From: Pseudomonas sp. 18175
GTDB taxonomy: Bacteria; Pseudomonadota; Gammaproteobacteria; Pseudomonadales; Pseudomonadaceae
NCBI RefSeq assembly: GCF_050432925.1
Contig: NZ_JBKFTO010000008.1
Location: forward strand, 49,593-81,592
Direction: 5' to 3'
Length of the DNA: 32,000 nucleotides
Below the pieces are notes generated by a model, which saw only the letters and a program-made list of their open reading frames with translations, did no database searches and was not told the origin of the DNA. Shown here in pieces: positions 1-9,000 of this stretch (positions are counted from its first letter, which is position 1; each line of letters starts with the position of its first letter). The translations under genes and the position numbers were made by a program.

Positions 1-1
1 C

Positions 2-397
2 GATTACGACGATCAGGGAGTCAGCCTGACCACTCCACTGGGCAACCCGGCACTCCAGCAGATCGCCACGCCGATCGCCTTCAAAGTCCTGCAACTGACC
101 GACGACTCGCTGCTGGTCAACGCCAGCCCTCAAGCCCTGGCTGAGGACCTGAAAAAAACCTTGGGCAGCACCTACATCCGCGCCGACGACTACCTGCTCA
201 ACCCAGGCCAGTTCAAGTTCATCGACCTGCGCCCATTGGATGAGGACACGCGCTTTATCGCCGTGATCGCCAACTACCACAACGACGAAGTCGGCCAATG
301 GAAACAGCGCCTGCGCGTCGAGCCCAAGGGCCAGCAATACGCCGTGCTGGTGCAGTTGGACGCCTCACAGGTCAGCCTCAAAGGGGAAACCCGATGA
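2..397 (+). CDS. tssJ: T6SS outer-membrane lipoprotein TssJ, C-terminal part (5' end outside window)
   Basis: Frame 2 is open from nt 2 with no stop. The tail ...VLQLTDDSLL...FIAVIANYHNDEVGQWKQRLRVEP... resembles TssJ/VasD C-termini. It lies directly upstream of tssK. Confidence 0.65.
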   Translation, partial: DYDDQGVSLTTPLGNPALQQIATPIAFKVLQLTDDSLLVNASPQALAEDLKKTLGSTYIRADDYLLNPGQFKFIDLRPLDEDTRFIAVIANYHNDEVGQWKQRLRVEPKGQQYAVLVQLDASQVSLKGETR

Positions 398-434
398 CGT
401 CACTTTCAGCCGCTTTTGCGCAGAGTAAATACCG

Positions 435-1781
435 ATGAGTTCACGTAACCCCGTCATCTGGCATGAAGGTTTGTTCGTCAAACCCCAGCACTTCCAGCAA
501 CAGGCCCGCGCCGCCGAAGCCGCCGTGCATCATCGTATGCATAGCCTTAACGACGCCCTTTACGGCTTCAGCGAGCTGGAGCTGAACAGCGAATATTTGA
601 GCTTCGGCAAGGTCGCCATCACCAGGGCGCGGGGGATCATGCCCGACGGCAGCGTGTTCGATATCCCCCGCGACCTGGCGCCCCCCACGCCGCTGGAAAT
701 CGCCGACAGCAGCGCGGTCAACCAGATCGTCTACCTGGCCCTGCCGCTGCGCTCCAACGGCGCTCTCGAAGTTCGTTGGCCTGACCGCTACGGCAATAGC
801 CGCTACATCGCCCATCGCGAGGAAATCCGCGACACCCACAGTGACGACGGCGACCAGGTCGGCATGGACCTGGCCGTGCCCAACCTGCAATTGATGCTCG
901 AACGCAGCGACCGCAGTGCCTTCACTGGCATCGCCATCGGCAAAATCAAAGACAAGCGCCCGGATGGCAGCCTGGTGATGGATGAGCATTTCTACCCCAC
1001 CAGCCTGTCCGTGCAAGCCGTGCCGGCGCTGCACCGCTACCTGGGCGAAGTGGCCGGGCTGATGCGCGCACGCGCCCAGAACCTGGCCCAGCGTATTGGC
1101 TCGCCGGGGCAGTCAGGCGTGGCCGATGTCACCGACTTCAACCTGCTGCAAACCCTCAACCGCTTGTTCCCGTTGTTTCAACACTTGGCCCGCCAACGCC
1201 AGGTTCACCCGGAACGACTGTACATCGCACTGGCCCAGGCTTGTGGCGAACTGGTGACCTTTACCGATGAAGGTCACCTGCCCCAGGAATACCCGGCCTA
1301 CCAGCACGACAACCTGCGCGAATCGTTCCAGCTGTTGGAACACACCCTGCGCCGTGCCTTGGGCACCGTGCTGCAACCACGTGCAGTGTCGCTGCCGATC
1401 GTCATTCAGCAGTACGGCGTACGCACCGCGGCCTTGAACGACAAGCGCCTGCTGGATAACGCCGAGTTCATCCTCGCGGTGCGGGCCGACCTGCCCGCTG
1501 AGACCCTGCGCCAGCAGTTGCCCAAGCAGATCAAGATCAGCTCCGCCGAGGGCCTGGAGCAACTGGTCAGCCTGCAACTACCGGGCATCCCGCTGCTGCC
1601 GCTGCCGGTGGCGCCACGGCACCTGCCGTTCCATGCCGGCTTCAGCTACTTCGAACTCGACCGCCATCACCCTGCCTGGGAACGCCTAAGCAGCGGCAGC
1701 GGGTTTGGTTTCCATATCGCCGGCGAATTCCCCGAGCTGGAGTTGCAGTTCTGGGCGATCAGGAGTGAGAAAGATGAGTGA
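435..1781 (+). CDS. tssK: T6SS baseplate protein TssK (ImpJ/VasE family)
   Basis: 448 aa. The N-terminus NPVIWHEGLFVKPQHFQQQ is the hallmark TssK motif. It sits in a tssJ-tssK-tssL arrangement. Confidence 0.9.
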   Translation: MSSRNPVIWHEGLFVKPQHFQQQARAAEAAVHHRMHSLNDALYGFSELELNSEYLSFGKVAITRARGIMPDGSVFDIPRDLAPPTPLEIADSSAVNQIVYLALPLRSNGALEVRWPDRYGNSRYIAHREEIRDTHSDDGDQVGMDLAVPNLQLMLERSDRSAFTGIAIGKIKDKRPDGSLVMDEHFYPTSLSVQAVPALHRYLGEVAGLMRARAQNLAQRIGSPGQSGVADVTDFNLLQTLNRLFPLFQHLARQRQVHPERLYIALAQACGELVTFTDEGHLPQEYPAYQHDNLRESFQLLEHTLRRALGTVLQPRAVSLPIVIQQYGVRTAALNDKRLLDNAEFILAVRADLPAETLRQQLPKQIKISSAEGLEQLVSLQLPGIPLLPLPVAPRHLPFHAGFSYFELDRHHPAWERLSSGSGFGFHIAGEFPELELQFWAIRSEKDE

Positions 1782-2616
1782 GTCCATGCCCACCGAAACC
1801 ACACCGCCAACCGACAACAGCAACCCGCTCTTCAGCTATTTGCAGCAGGCCACCCACACCAAGGAGTCAGGCGCCTCAGAGAACCACGCCGAACCCGAAC
1901 TGCTGATCGCAGACCCCGAATTCGACATGCGCGGCCTGGCCTGGAACCCGCTATGCGACGCCGCCACGCCCCTGATCGGCCTGGTCATCCGTCTGCGCCG
2001 CCTGGACCACCACGATGATGTGACCGCGCTGTACAAAAGCGTCAGCAACCAGATCACCACGATCATGGAAGAAGTCAGCCAGCTCGACTACGACGCCGGC
2101 ATGCTCAAGGCCTACTCCTACAGCCTATGTTTGTTACTGGACGAGGTGGTCATGGCCACCTCCTGGGGCAGGCTCTCCAGTTGGAGTGAACGCTCATTGC
2201 TCAGCCAATTTCATGGGGAAACCCGAGGCGGTGAGCGATTCTTCACCGTCATGAACAACATGATCCCTGAAGCGGCCCGCTACCAGCATGTGCTGGAGTT
2301 CATGTACCAGTGCCTGATCTCCGGCCTCAAAGGCAAATACGGCGCCCATAGCAAGGGCGATGACGAAATACAGAAGATCATCAACCAATTGCATGGACTG
2401 TTGCGCCCGCTGCGTGGTGAAACGCCCAAACGCTTAACCGATCCCCTGAAAAACGTCGCCCCGCGCAATTACCGGATCAAACGTGCCTGGCCATTGTGGA
2501 CGCCATGGGCATTGGCCGCCGTGGTGCTGACCTGCGCCTACACGATCTATTCCATGCGCCTGAACAGCATCACCCAGGAAGTGCTCGCCTCCCTGGAACG
2601 GATTCTCAACCTGTAA
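1774..2616 (+). CDS. tssL: T6SS membrane-complex protein TssL (DotU/ImpK family), no OmpA extension
   Basis: The ATG at 1774 overlaps the tssK stop (ATGAGTGA). It has a DotU-like core (NPLCDAATPLIGLVIRLR, YSLCLLLDEVVMATSWG) and a single C-terminal TM helix (WPLWTPWALAAVVLTCAYTIY). The longer ORF-track start at 1705 lies inside tssK. Confidence 0.85.
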   Translation: MSESMPTETTPPTDNSNPLFSYLQQATHTKESGASENHAEPELLIADPEFDMRGLAWNPLCDAATPLIGLVIRLRRLDHHDDVTALYKSVSNQITTIMEEVSQLDYDAGMLKAYSYSLCLLLDEVVMATSWGRLSSWSERSLLSQFHGETRGGERFFTVMNNMIPEAARYQHVLEFMYQCLISGLKGKYGAHSKGDDEIQKIINQLHGLLRPLRGETPKRLTDPLKNVAPRNYRIKRAWPLWTPWALAAVVLTCAYTIYSMRLNSITQEVLASLERILNL

Positions 2617-2720
2617 CCGATTTTCAGCGCGCTCATCCCGAGCGCCTGCAAAGCCATGGCCGTCTCGGCCATAACCCGCGACCCACGGGTCGCTCAATTG
2701 ATCGCGACAAGGAGCATGTC

Positions 2721-3242
2721 ATGCCAACACCCGCGTATATCAGTATCCACGGCAAAGACCAGGGCCACATCACCAAAGGTGCGTTCACCGCAGACTCGGT
2801 GGGCAACGTGTTTGTAGAAGGCCACGAGGACGAAATTCTTGCCCAGGAAATCGACCACCAGATCGGTGCCCCGACCGACCCGCAAAGCGGTCAGCCTACC
2901 GGGCAACGGGTGCATAAACCCCTGACGTTCACCAGCGCATTGAACAAGGCCTCGCCAATGCTGTTCCAGGCACTGGCCACCGGAGAAATGCTGCCGATCG
3001 TCGAAGTCAGGTGGTTCCGTACGTCCACCGACGGCAAACAGGAGCATTTCTTCACCACCAAATTGGAAGAGGCCACCGTCGTCGACATCCACACCGTGTT
3101 GCCTCACGCCCAGGACCACGAAAACAAGAATTACACCCAACTGATCAAAACCAGCCTGTCTTACCGCAAGGTCAGTTGGACCCACAAAGTGTCGGGCACC
3201 GAAGCCTCGGATGACTGGCGTAAGCCGGCCGAAGCGGGCTAA
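2721..3242 (+). CDS. hcp: Hcp (TssD) T6SS inner tube protein
   Basis: The ATG at 2721 is preceded by AAGGAG (2709-2714). 173 aa, starting MPTPAYISIHGKDQGHITKGAF, with ...HKPLTFTSALNKASPMLFQAL..., typical of Hcp. Confidence 0.9.
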   Translation: MPTPAYISIHGKDQGHITKGAFTADSVGNVFVEGHEDEILAQEIDHQIGAPTDPQSGQPTGQRVHKPLTFTSALNKASPMLFQALATGEMLPIVEVRWFRTSTDGKQEHFFTTKLEEATVVDIHTVLPHAQDHENKNYTQLIKTSLSYRKVSWTHKVSGTEASDDWRKPAEAG

Positions 3243-3319
3243 ACGCGGATCCCGTTCCGTCGCAGCCGTTCGCGCAGCGGCGGAACCTTCCACTGACTCA
3301 CTACTGCTAAGGAGGCTCT

Positions 3320-3577
3320 ATGCCCGCCGTCGTTCTGGTCGGACACGACCATGATTGCCCTTTGTGCGGCCCCACCACCGTCAAAAGCGGCACACGCAAC
3401 GTCACCGTCAACGGCCGCGCCATCGCTCGTGTTGGCGACACCCTCGGCTGCGGTGCCGTGATCATCAGCGGCTCGCCCTCAATGATCATCAACGGCAAAG
3501 CCGTAGCCCGCGTCGGTGACAGCACCGACCACGAAGGCATCCTGGAAAACGGCGATGCCAGCTGGATGATCAACTGA
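3320..3577 (+). CDS. Stand-alone PAAR-domain spike-tip protein
   Basis: 85 aa with repeated PAAR-like blocks (VTVNGRAIARVGDT, MIINGKAVARVGDSTDHEG). The RBS AAGGAGG lies upstream, and the gene sits directly upstream of vgrG. Confidence 0.9.
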   Translation: MPAVVLVGHDHDCPLCGPTTVKSGTRNVTVNGRAIARVGDTLGCGAVIISGSPSMIINGKAVARVGDSTDHEGILENGDASWMIN

Positions 3578-3602
3578 TCCGGACTCACTACAAGGAGGTT
3601 TC

Positions 3603-5534
3603 ATGCCCCGTCAAAGCGACCTGCGTTACACCTTCGAACCGCTGCGGGGCGATCCCTTCGAAGTGGTCTCCTTCACCCTTGAAGAGGGCTTATCCCAGCC
3701 GTTCAAACTTGAACTGGAACTGGTCAGCCATCACCCCGCCATCGACTTCTACCGCATGCTCGACCTGGGCGCCCTGTTCACCATCTGGCGCAACGACACC
3801 CCAGTGCGCTACGTCCACGGCCTGGTCAGCCTATTCCAACAGGGAGACACCGGCTTTCGCCGCACCCGCTACACCGCTGTGGTCGAACCCACATTGGCGC
3901 GTTTCAACCTGCGCTCCAACTGGCGCATCTTCCAAGGCCAGACCGTCCCCGACATCATCACCAGCGTCCTCACCGAGCAAAAGCTGACCGACATCCGCAG
4001 CGAAATCTGCTTCAAGCACCAAGCCCGCGAATACTGCGTACAGGCCGGCGAAACCGACCTCGACTTCATCGCCCGCCTCGCCGCCGAAGAAGGCCTGCTC
4101 TACACCTTCGAACACCGCGCCGACGGCCACACCCTTGTCCTCACCGACCGCGTCGGCGGCTTGGGCACCATCGGCACGCACACCGATTGCCCGGTGATCT
4201 ACCAGCCGATGGCCGGCGGCGATGCCATGGAACCGGCGTTGAATCGCTTCCACTACACCGAGCAAGTGCGCACCGCCGTGCAGGTACAGCGCGACTACAC
4301 CTTCACCCACCCGCGCTACAACCAGCAGCACACGGCGACTGGCGACCAGGACCTGAACAACCAGCACAAGGATTACGAACGCTACGACTACCCCGGCCGC
4401 TACAAACGCGACATTGCCGGCAAGCCCTTTACCAAGACCCGCCTGGCGGCCCTGCGCAATGACGCCAAGCTGGCGCATCTGGAGGGCGACGATGAGCGCC
4501 TGCAACCGGGGTTGGCGTTCGACGTCAACGATCATCCGCGTGAGGACTTCAATGATCGCTGGCGCACCATCGCCATCAAGCACGAGGGCAAGCAGCACAC
4601 CAGCTTGCAGGAGGAGTCGTTTGGTAGTGGCCTCGGCACCTCTTACACGTTGAAGGCCAGCGCCATCCGCTGGACCTCGGATTGGAAGGCGCCGCTGCGG
4701 GACAAACCGTGCATCGACGGCCCGCAGATCGCCACCGTGGTCGGCCCTCCCGGTGAGGAGATCTATTGCGACGAATGGGGTCGGGTCAAAGTGCAGTTTC
4801 CGTGGGACCGTTCGGACAAAAACAACGACCACAGCTCGTGCTGGATTCGCGTTACCCAGGGCTGGGCTGGGGCAACCTGGGGCTCGATGGCGATCCCACG
4901 TGTCGGTCAGGAGCTGGTGATCAGCTACCTGGACGGGGATCCCGACCAGCCGATCGCCACGGGGACTACGTACAGACAGACCAACCTGCCGCCCTACCCG
5001 CTGCCCAAACACAAAACGCGGATGACCATCAAGAGCCGAACCCACAAGGGTGAAGGTTTCAATGAGCTGCGCTTTGAGGATGAGCTGGGCCAGGAAGAGG
5101 TGTTTATCCATGCCCAGAAAGATCAGAACACCATCGTCAAGAACAACCAGAGCCTGACTGTTGGAGCGGACAGAACCAAGAGTATCGGTCAGGACGAGAA
5201 CGTCAGTGTCGGTCGAAATCGTGTACGCGTGGTGAGGACCAACGACACCGTGAAAGTCGGCGGCAGCAAGAACGACACGGTCGCCGGCGAGTACGAGATC
5301 GAAGTCGGCGGCACGCTACGTTTGAAGTGTGGCAAGACGCTCATTGAGCTGCATGCAAACGGCAAGCTGAACATCACCTGCGAGGACTTCAACATCACTG
5401 GCGCGCAAACCGGCCAGATCAACACGCTGGGCGCAAAGCTCGACCTTAACCCGGAAGGTGGGTCGGCCGCTGCCGCTGCAAATGGGCAAGACGGTGGTGC
5501 ACTGAAGACCAGTGTCGATGGGCATTTCGAATAG
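3603..5534 (+). CDS. vgrG: VgrG (TssI) T6SS spike protein
   Basis: 643 aa. It has a gp27/gp5-like organisation, the motif WGRVKVQFPWDR...CWIRVTQGWAGATWGSMAIPRVGQELVISYLDGDPDQPI, and a C-terminal beta-helix repeat region. Confidence 0.92.
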   Translation: MPRQSDLRYTFEPLRGDPFEVVSFTLEEGLSQPFKLELELVSHHPAIDFYRMLDLGALFTIWRNDTPVRYVHGLVSLFQQGDTGFRRTRYTAVVEPTLARFNLRSNWRIFQGQTVPDIITSVLTEQKLTDIRSEICFKHQAREYCVQAGETDLDFIARLAAEEGLLYTFEHRADGHTLVLTDRVGGLGTIGTHTDCPVIYQPMAGGDAMEPALNRFHYTEQVRTAVQVQRDYTFTHPRYNQQHTATGDQDLNNQHKDYERYDYPGRYKRDIAGKPFTKTRLAALRNDAKLAHLEGDDERLQPGLAFDVNDHPREDFNDRWRTIAIKHEGKQHTSLQEESFGSGLGTSYTLKASAIRWTSDWKAPLRDKPCIDGPQIATVVGPPGEEIYCDEWGRVKVQFPWDRSDKNNDHSSCWIRVTQGWAGATWGSMAIPRVGQELVISYLDGDPDQPIATGTTYRQTNLPPYPLPKHKTRMTIKSRTHKGEGFNELRFEDELGQEEVFIHAQKDQNTIVKNNQSLTVGADRTKSIGQDENVSVGRNRVRVVRTNDTVKVGGSKNDTVAGEYEIEVGGTLRLKCGKTLIELHANGKLNITCEDFNITGAQTGQINTLGAKLDLNPEGGSAAAAANGQDGGALKTSVDGHFE

Positions 5535-5582
5535 CTCCCACCTTTCTCATTACCCAACTATCAAAAAAAGGACGTGCCTGTA

Positions 5583-6011
5583 ATGGCTGACTATCTGACC
5601 CACGATGTAATCCTTGATTTTTCCGATGAAACACCCGAGGACTCGACACTGAACGTCCTGCGCTTTCAAGCGCGAAATACCACGCTGGTGATTGCCCGCA
5701 GTCCCGTTGGTAAACACCAGACCCTGGATGAAGCACTGACGGCCCAGCTAGATCAACTGCGCAACAAGACCCAAGCATTGAGCATCACACCGGCACAAAT
5801 CACTCACCTGGGGCACCAGCAGCAAGTGGAGGGCCGAGAAATGGCCGTCCAGTTCATGACCGGTGACAAGCCTAACTTCCAGTTGCAAGTCGCCTGCCTG
5901 ATTCCTGGGCAACACCGCATGCTGGTCCTCAATTACAGCAAACAAGGACCATTAAGCGACGGCGACATCACCCACTGGCGTGCCATCAAGCAAACGCTGC
6001 GTTTTTCCTGA
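5583..6011 (+). CDS. Eag-type (DUF1795/DcrB-like) chaperone for a prePAAR effector
   Basis: About 142 aa, lying between vgrG and a prePAAR Rhs gene. The sequence layout (…NVLRF…LVIARSP…LDEALTAQLDQLR…MLVLNYSKQGPL…W…L) resembles EagR/EagT6-type proteins. The start could be the GTG at 5574 or the ATG at 5583. Confidence 0.65.
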   Translation: MADYLTHDVILDFSDETPEDSTLNVLRFQARNTTLVIARSPVGKHQTLDEALTAQLDQLRNKTQALSITPAQITHLGHQQQVEGREMAVQFMTGDKPNFQLQVACLIPGQHRMLVLNYSKQGPLSDGDITHWRAIKQTLRFS

Positions 6012-6060
6012 ACGTCCCCCCTAAGAAACCGGTTCTCGACCAGCAAGGAGCTTCTTGCCA

Positions 6061-9000
6061 ATGGCACAAATTGTCCACGCCGCCCGGCAGGGTGACGCCA
6101 TTCTTCACCCATCACTCATAGCTGAGTTAATCAGTGCAACAGTGGAAGCAGTCATCTATGCGGCGGCTGCGCTGGCGGTGGGGGCCGTTATTTGCCTTGC
6201 AGTAGTGGGTACCGTGTTCACGGGTGGCGCGCTCGGCGTCGTCATCGGGATAGCTGCAGGCGTTGCGGTAGGCGCCATGAGTTCGATTCCCATAGGCGAG
6301 GATCGAAGTATCGGTGACGCCATCTCCGACTTCTGCGACTCAATCGGCAACGCAGTAGACTCGCCCACTGTCTTAGGCGAAATCAAAAGCGGCTCCAAAA
6401 ATACCTTTATCAATGGCAAACCCGCCGCTCGCGCTGCGGCGATCAGTTCCCCCAATGGGTCTGAAGAAGAGAAAAATGGCGAGGAGCCTTCAGTTCTGGA
6501 GAACGTAAGCGCGATAGCGCAAACGGCTCTGGGATTTGCATTTCCTCCCCTCAAGTTGGTCAAAGACCTCTTTGACACGGTTCATCAAATTTTCAACCCT
6601 CCAGTAACAACCCCCGCAGCGCCGGGGTTCACCCCCAAGGAAGAAGACAAGATCACCTGCTCCCGTCATCCGCCCATGCCTGAGACCTACATAGCACAGG
6701 GCTCAGACAAGGTGCAGATCAATAGTCGGCCGGCGGCACGCTCGGGAGATAAGGCCACCTGCGATGCCACCATCGATGTAAACGCCAACGTCTCTCCCAA
6801 TGTGCGTATCGGCGGCGGAACGGTGACGGTTCGGAACATTCACAATGGCAAAAGCAAGACTGCGCAGATCGTGGGGATTGTTGCGGCACTGCTTATATCC
6901 AGACGAATGGGCGCGCGCCCTCGTCGTTCTCCACGATCGAAAAATAACTCGCCAATCTGTGGGTACAAAGGCCGTCCTGTGCATGTTTCCACCGGCAGCA
7001 AAGTCCTCGGCGGTGGAGAAGACGTCGACTTCAGCCTGCCTGGGCTGCTGGGCATCGAATGGGCCCGAAGCTACGACAGCAACGACTCCCGAACCGACGG
7101 ACTGTTCGGCATGGGCTGGAGCGTTCCCTATGAAGTGGAAATCGTCCGTGTTGCGCATCCCCACGGCGGCGAGCTATGGGTCTACGTTGACGAGACAGGC
7201 AACCGCCTGGAACTGGGCCAGCTCAGTGCCGGCAACGCGTTCGTCAGTGTCGTAGATGGCTTGGCTTTCTTCCAGTTGGAGGATGGTCAGACCGTTGTCG
7301 AGGACATTTATGCAGGGCGCTATCAGGTGTTCCAGCCTGATCCGCATAACCCGCAACGCTCGCGACTGATCCGCTTGGGCGATCGCAACCTCAACGTCCT
7401 GGACGTGCTGTACGACGAACAGGGCCGCCTGCACTTCCTCGTCGACAAGTACAGCCAAACCGTCGTACAGCTCCACTACGATCAACAACATCCAAACCGT
7501 GTCGGCAAAGCCTCTCGTGTATTCCTGAAGGCAGGCGGCAGCCTCAGCATTGAGCACAACAAGATCCTGGTCAGCTATCGCTATACACGCAGTGGTCAGT
7601 TGCAGGAAGTGTTGGACGCGACTGACCACGTGGTCCGTCGCTTCACCTACACCGCCGAGGGCTACCTGAACAGCCACCAGGTCGCCAGTGGTGCCGTCCG
7701 CGAGTACGAATGGGCGCGCTTTACCATCCCTGAGAACCGCCCCACACCCAAGCGCGCAGATGGCACCCTGTACCAGCTTCCGCCGCTGCTGGAACCGCAA
7801 CCCGATCACGAATGGCGCGTCACCCGTCACTGGGGCAGCGACGGCGAAGAGTATCGATTCAAATACGACCTGGAACGGGGTGAAACCCACGTCACCGACA
7901 GCCTCGGTCGTCAGGACCATTACTATTGGGGCCCGTTCTATGAGATCTACAAACACATCGACCCCCTCGGCAACTGCTGGCAAGAGGAAATCATCGCCGG
8001 GCAATTGATGAAGAGTGTCGATCCACAGGGCGGCGAATGGCATTACATCTATGATGACGTTGGCCGCCTGATTGAGGCGCGCGACCCACTGGGGCGTAGC
8101 GAATACATCCGCTACCTGCGCCACTGGGCCTTGCCTGTCGAAGTCACCGATGCTGCGGGGCGCACGTACCGCTCCGGCTACGATGCCCAGGGCAACCTGC
8201 TCTGGGAAGCGGATCCGCTGGGCCGTAAGACCCACTACCAATACGACCCCGAAGGTCGGGTGGTACGTGTCACCGATGCTCTGGACAAGACTAAGTACCT
8301 GAGCTGGAATGTGCACGGCCAGTTGCTCAGTTACCGCGATTGTTCCAATGCGCAAACGCTGTACCACTACGATGCCGACGGGCACCTCAGTGAAAGCATC
8401 AATGCCCGTGGCGAGCACACTCATTACCGTTACGACGCCCGCGGCTATCTGATCGAAAGCGAACGCCCAGACGGCCGCATCGACCGCTACGATATCGACG
8501 CTGCCGGCCAGCTCACCGCCTACACCGACCCCGCCCAGCGCATTACCCGCCTGCGTTATGACCGCAGTGGACAGCTAATCCAGCGGGTTGACGCCCTCGG
8601 CCATAGTGTCGAGTTTGGCTACGACGCCTATGGCCGCCTGCTGCACCTGAGCAATGAAAACCACGAACGCTACCGCTTCGAGTGGGATGCGCTGGATCGC
8701 CTGATCGCCCAACAGGACCTGGATGGCAGCGGGCGCATCTACCAGTACAACCCGCTGGATGATGTTACCGGCATCCACCATATTCCCGCGCCGCTGGCCG
8801 AGCCAGGTCTGGACGGCAAGGACAGCGCCGAACCGCACACGCCACTGGTACATCATTTCGAGCGTGATGCCCTGGGGCGGTTGATCCGCAAACGCACCGA
8901 CGATGGGGTCACCGAGTATGCCTACGACAATGCCGACAACCTGCTGACGATCAATTTCACCAACGTTCAAGGTGAAGAACAGTGTCTCAACTACACCTAC

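Noticed and set aside
2496-2720. N-terminal extensions suggested by the ORF track for hcp (2496), DUF932 (22623), traI (24878), traD (26559), tssL (1705) and the XRE gene (14019)
   Set aside because: The extensions overlap upstream genes or are Arg/Pro-rich junk. Internal ATGs with Shine-Dalgarno sequences or stop-start coupling give proteins that start at family-typical N-termini.
3831-5111. 426-aa ORF antisense to vgrG
   Set aside because: It lies entirely within the well-supported vgrG gene. Its Ala/Gly/Val/Arg-rich composition is typical of antisense frames in high-GC DNA, and it has no motif.
7174-8424. 416-aa antisense ORF inside rhs, plus 8575-9147, 9454-9867, 11052-11744 and 12051-12857 antisense ORFs
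   Set aside because: These are mirror-frame artefacts of the GC-rich YD-repeat coding sequence. They are duplicated only because the rhs core is duplicated.
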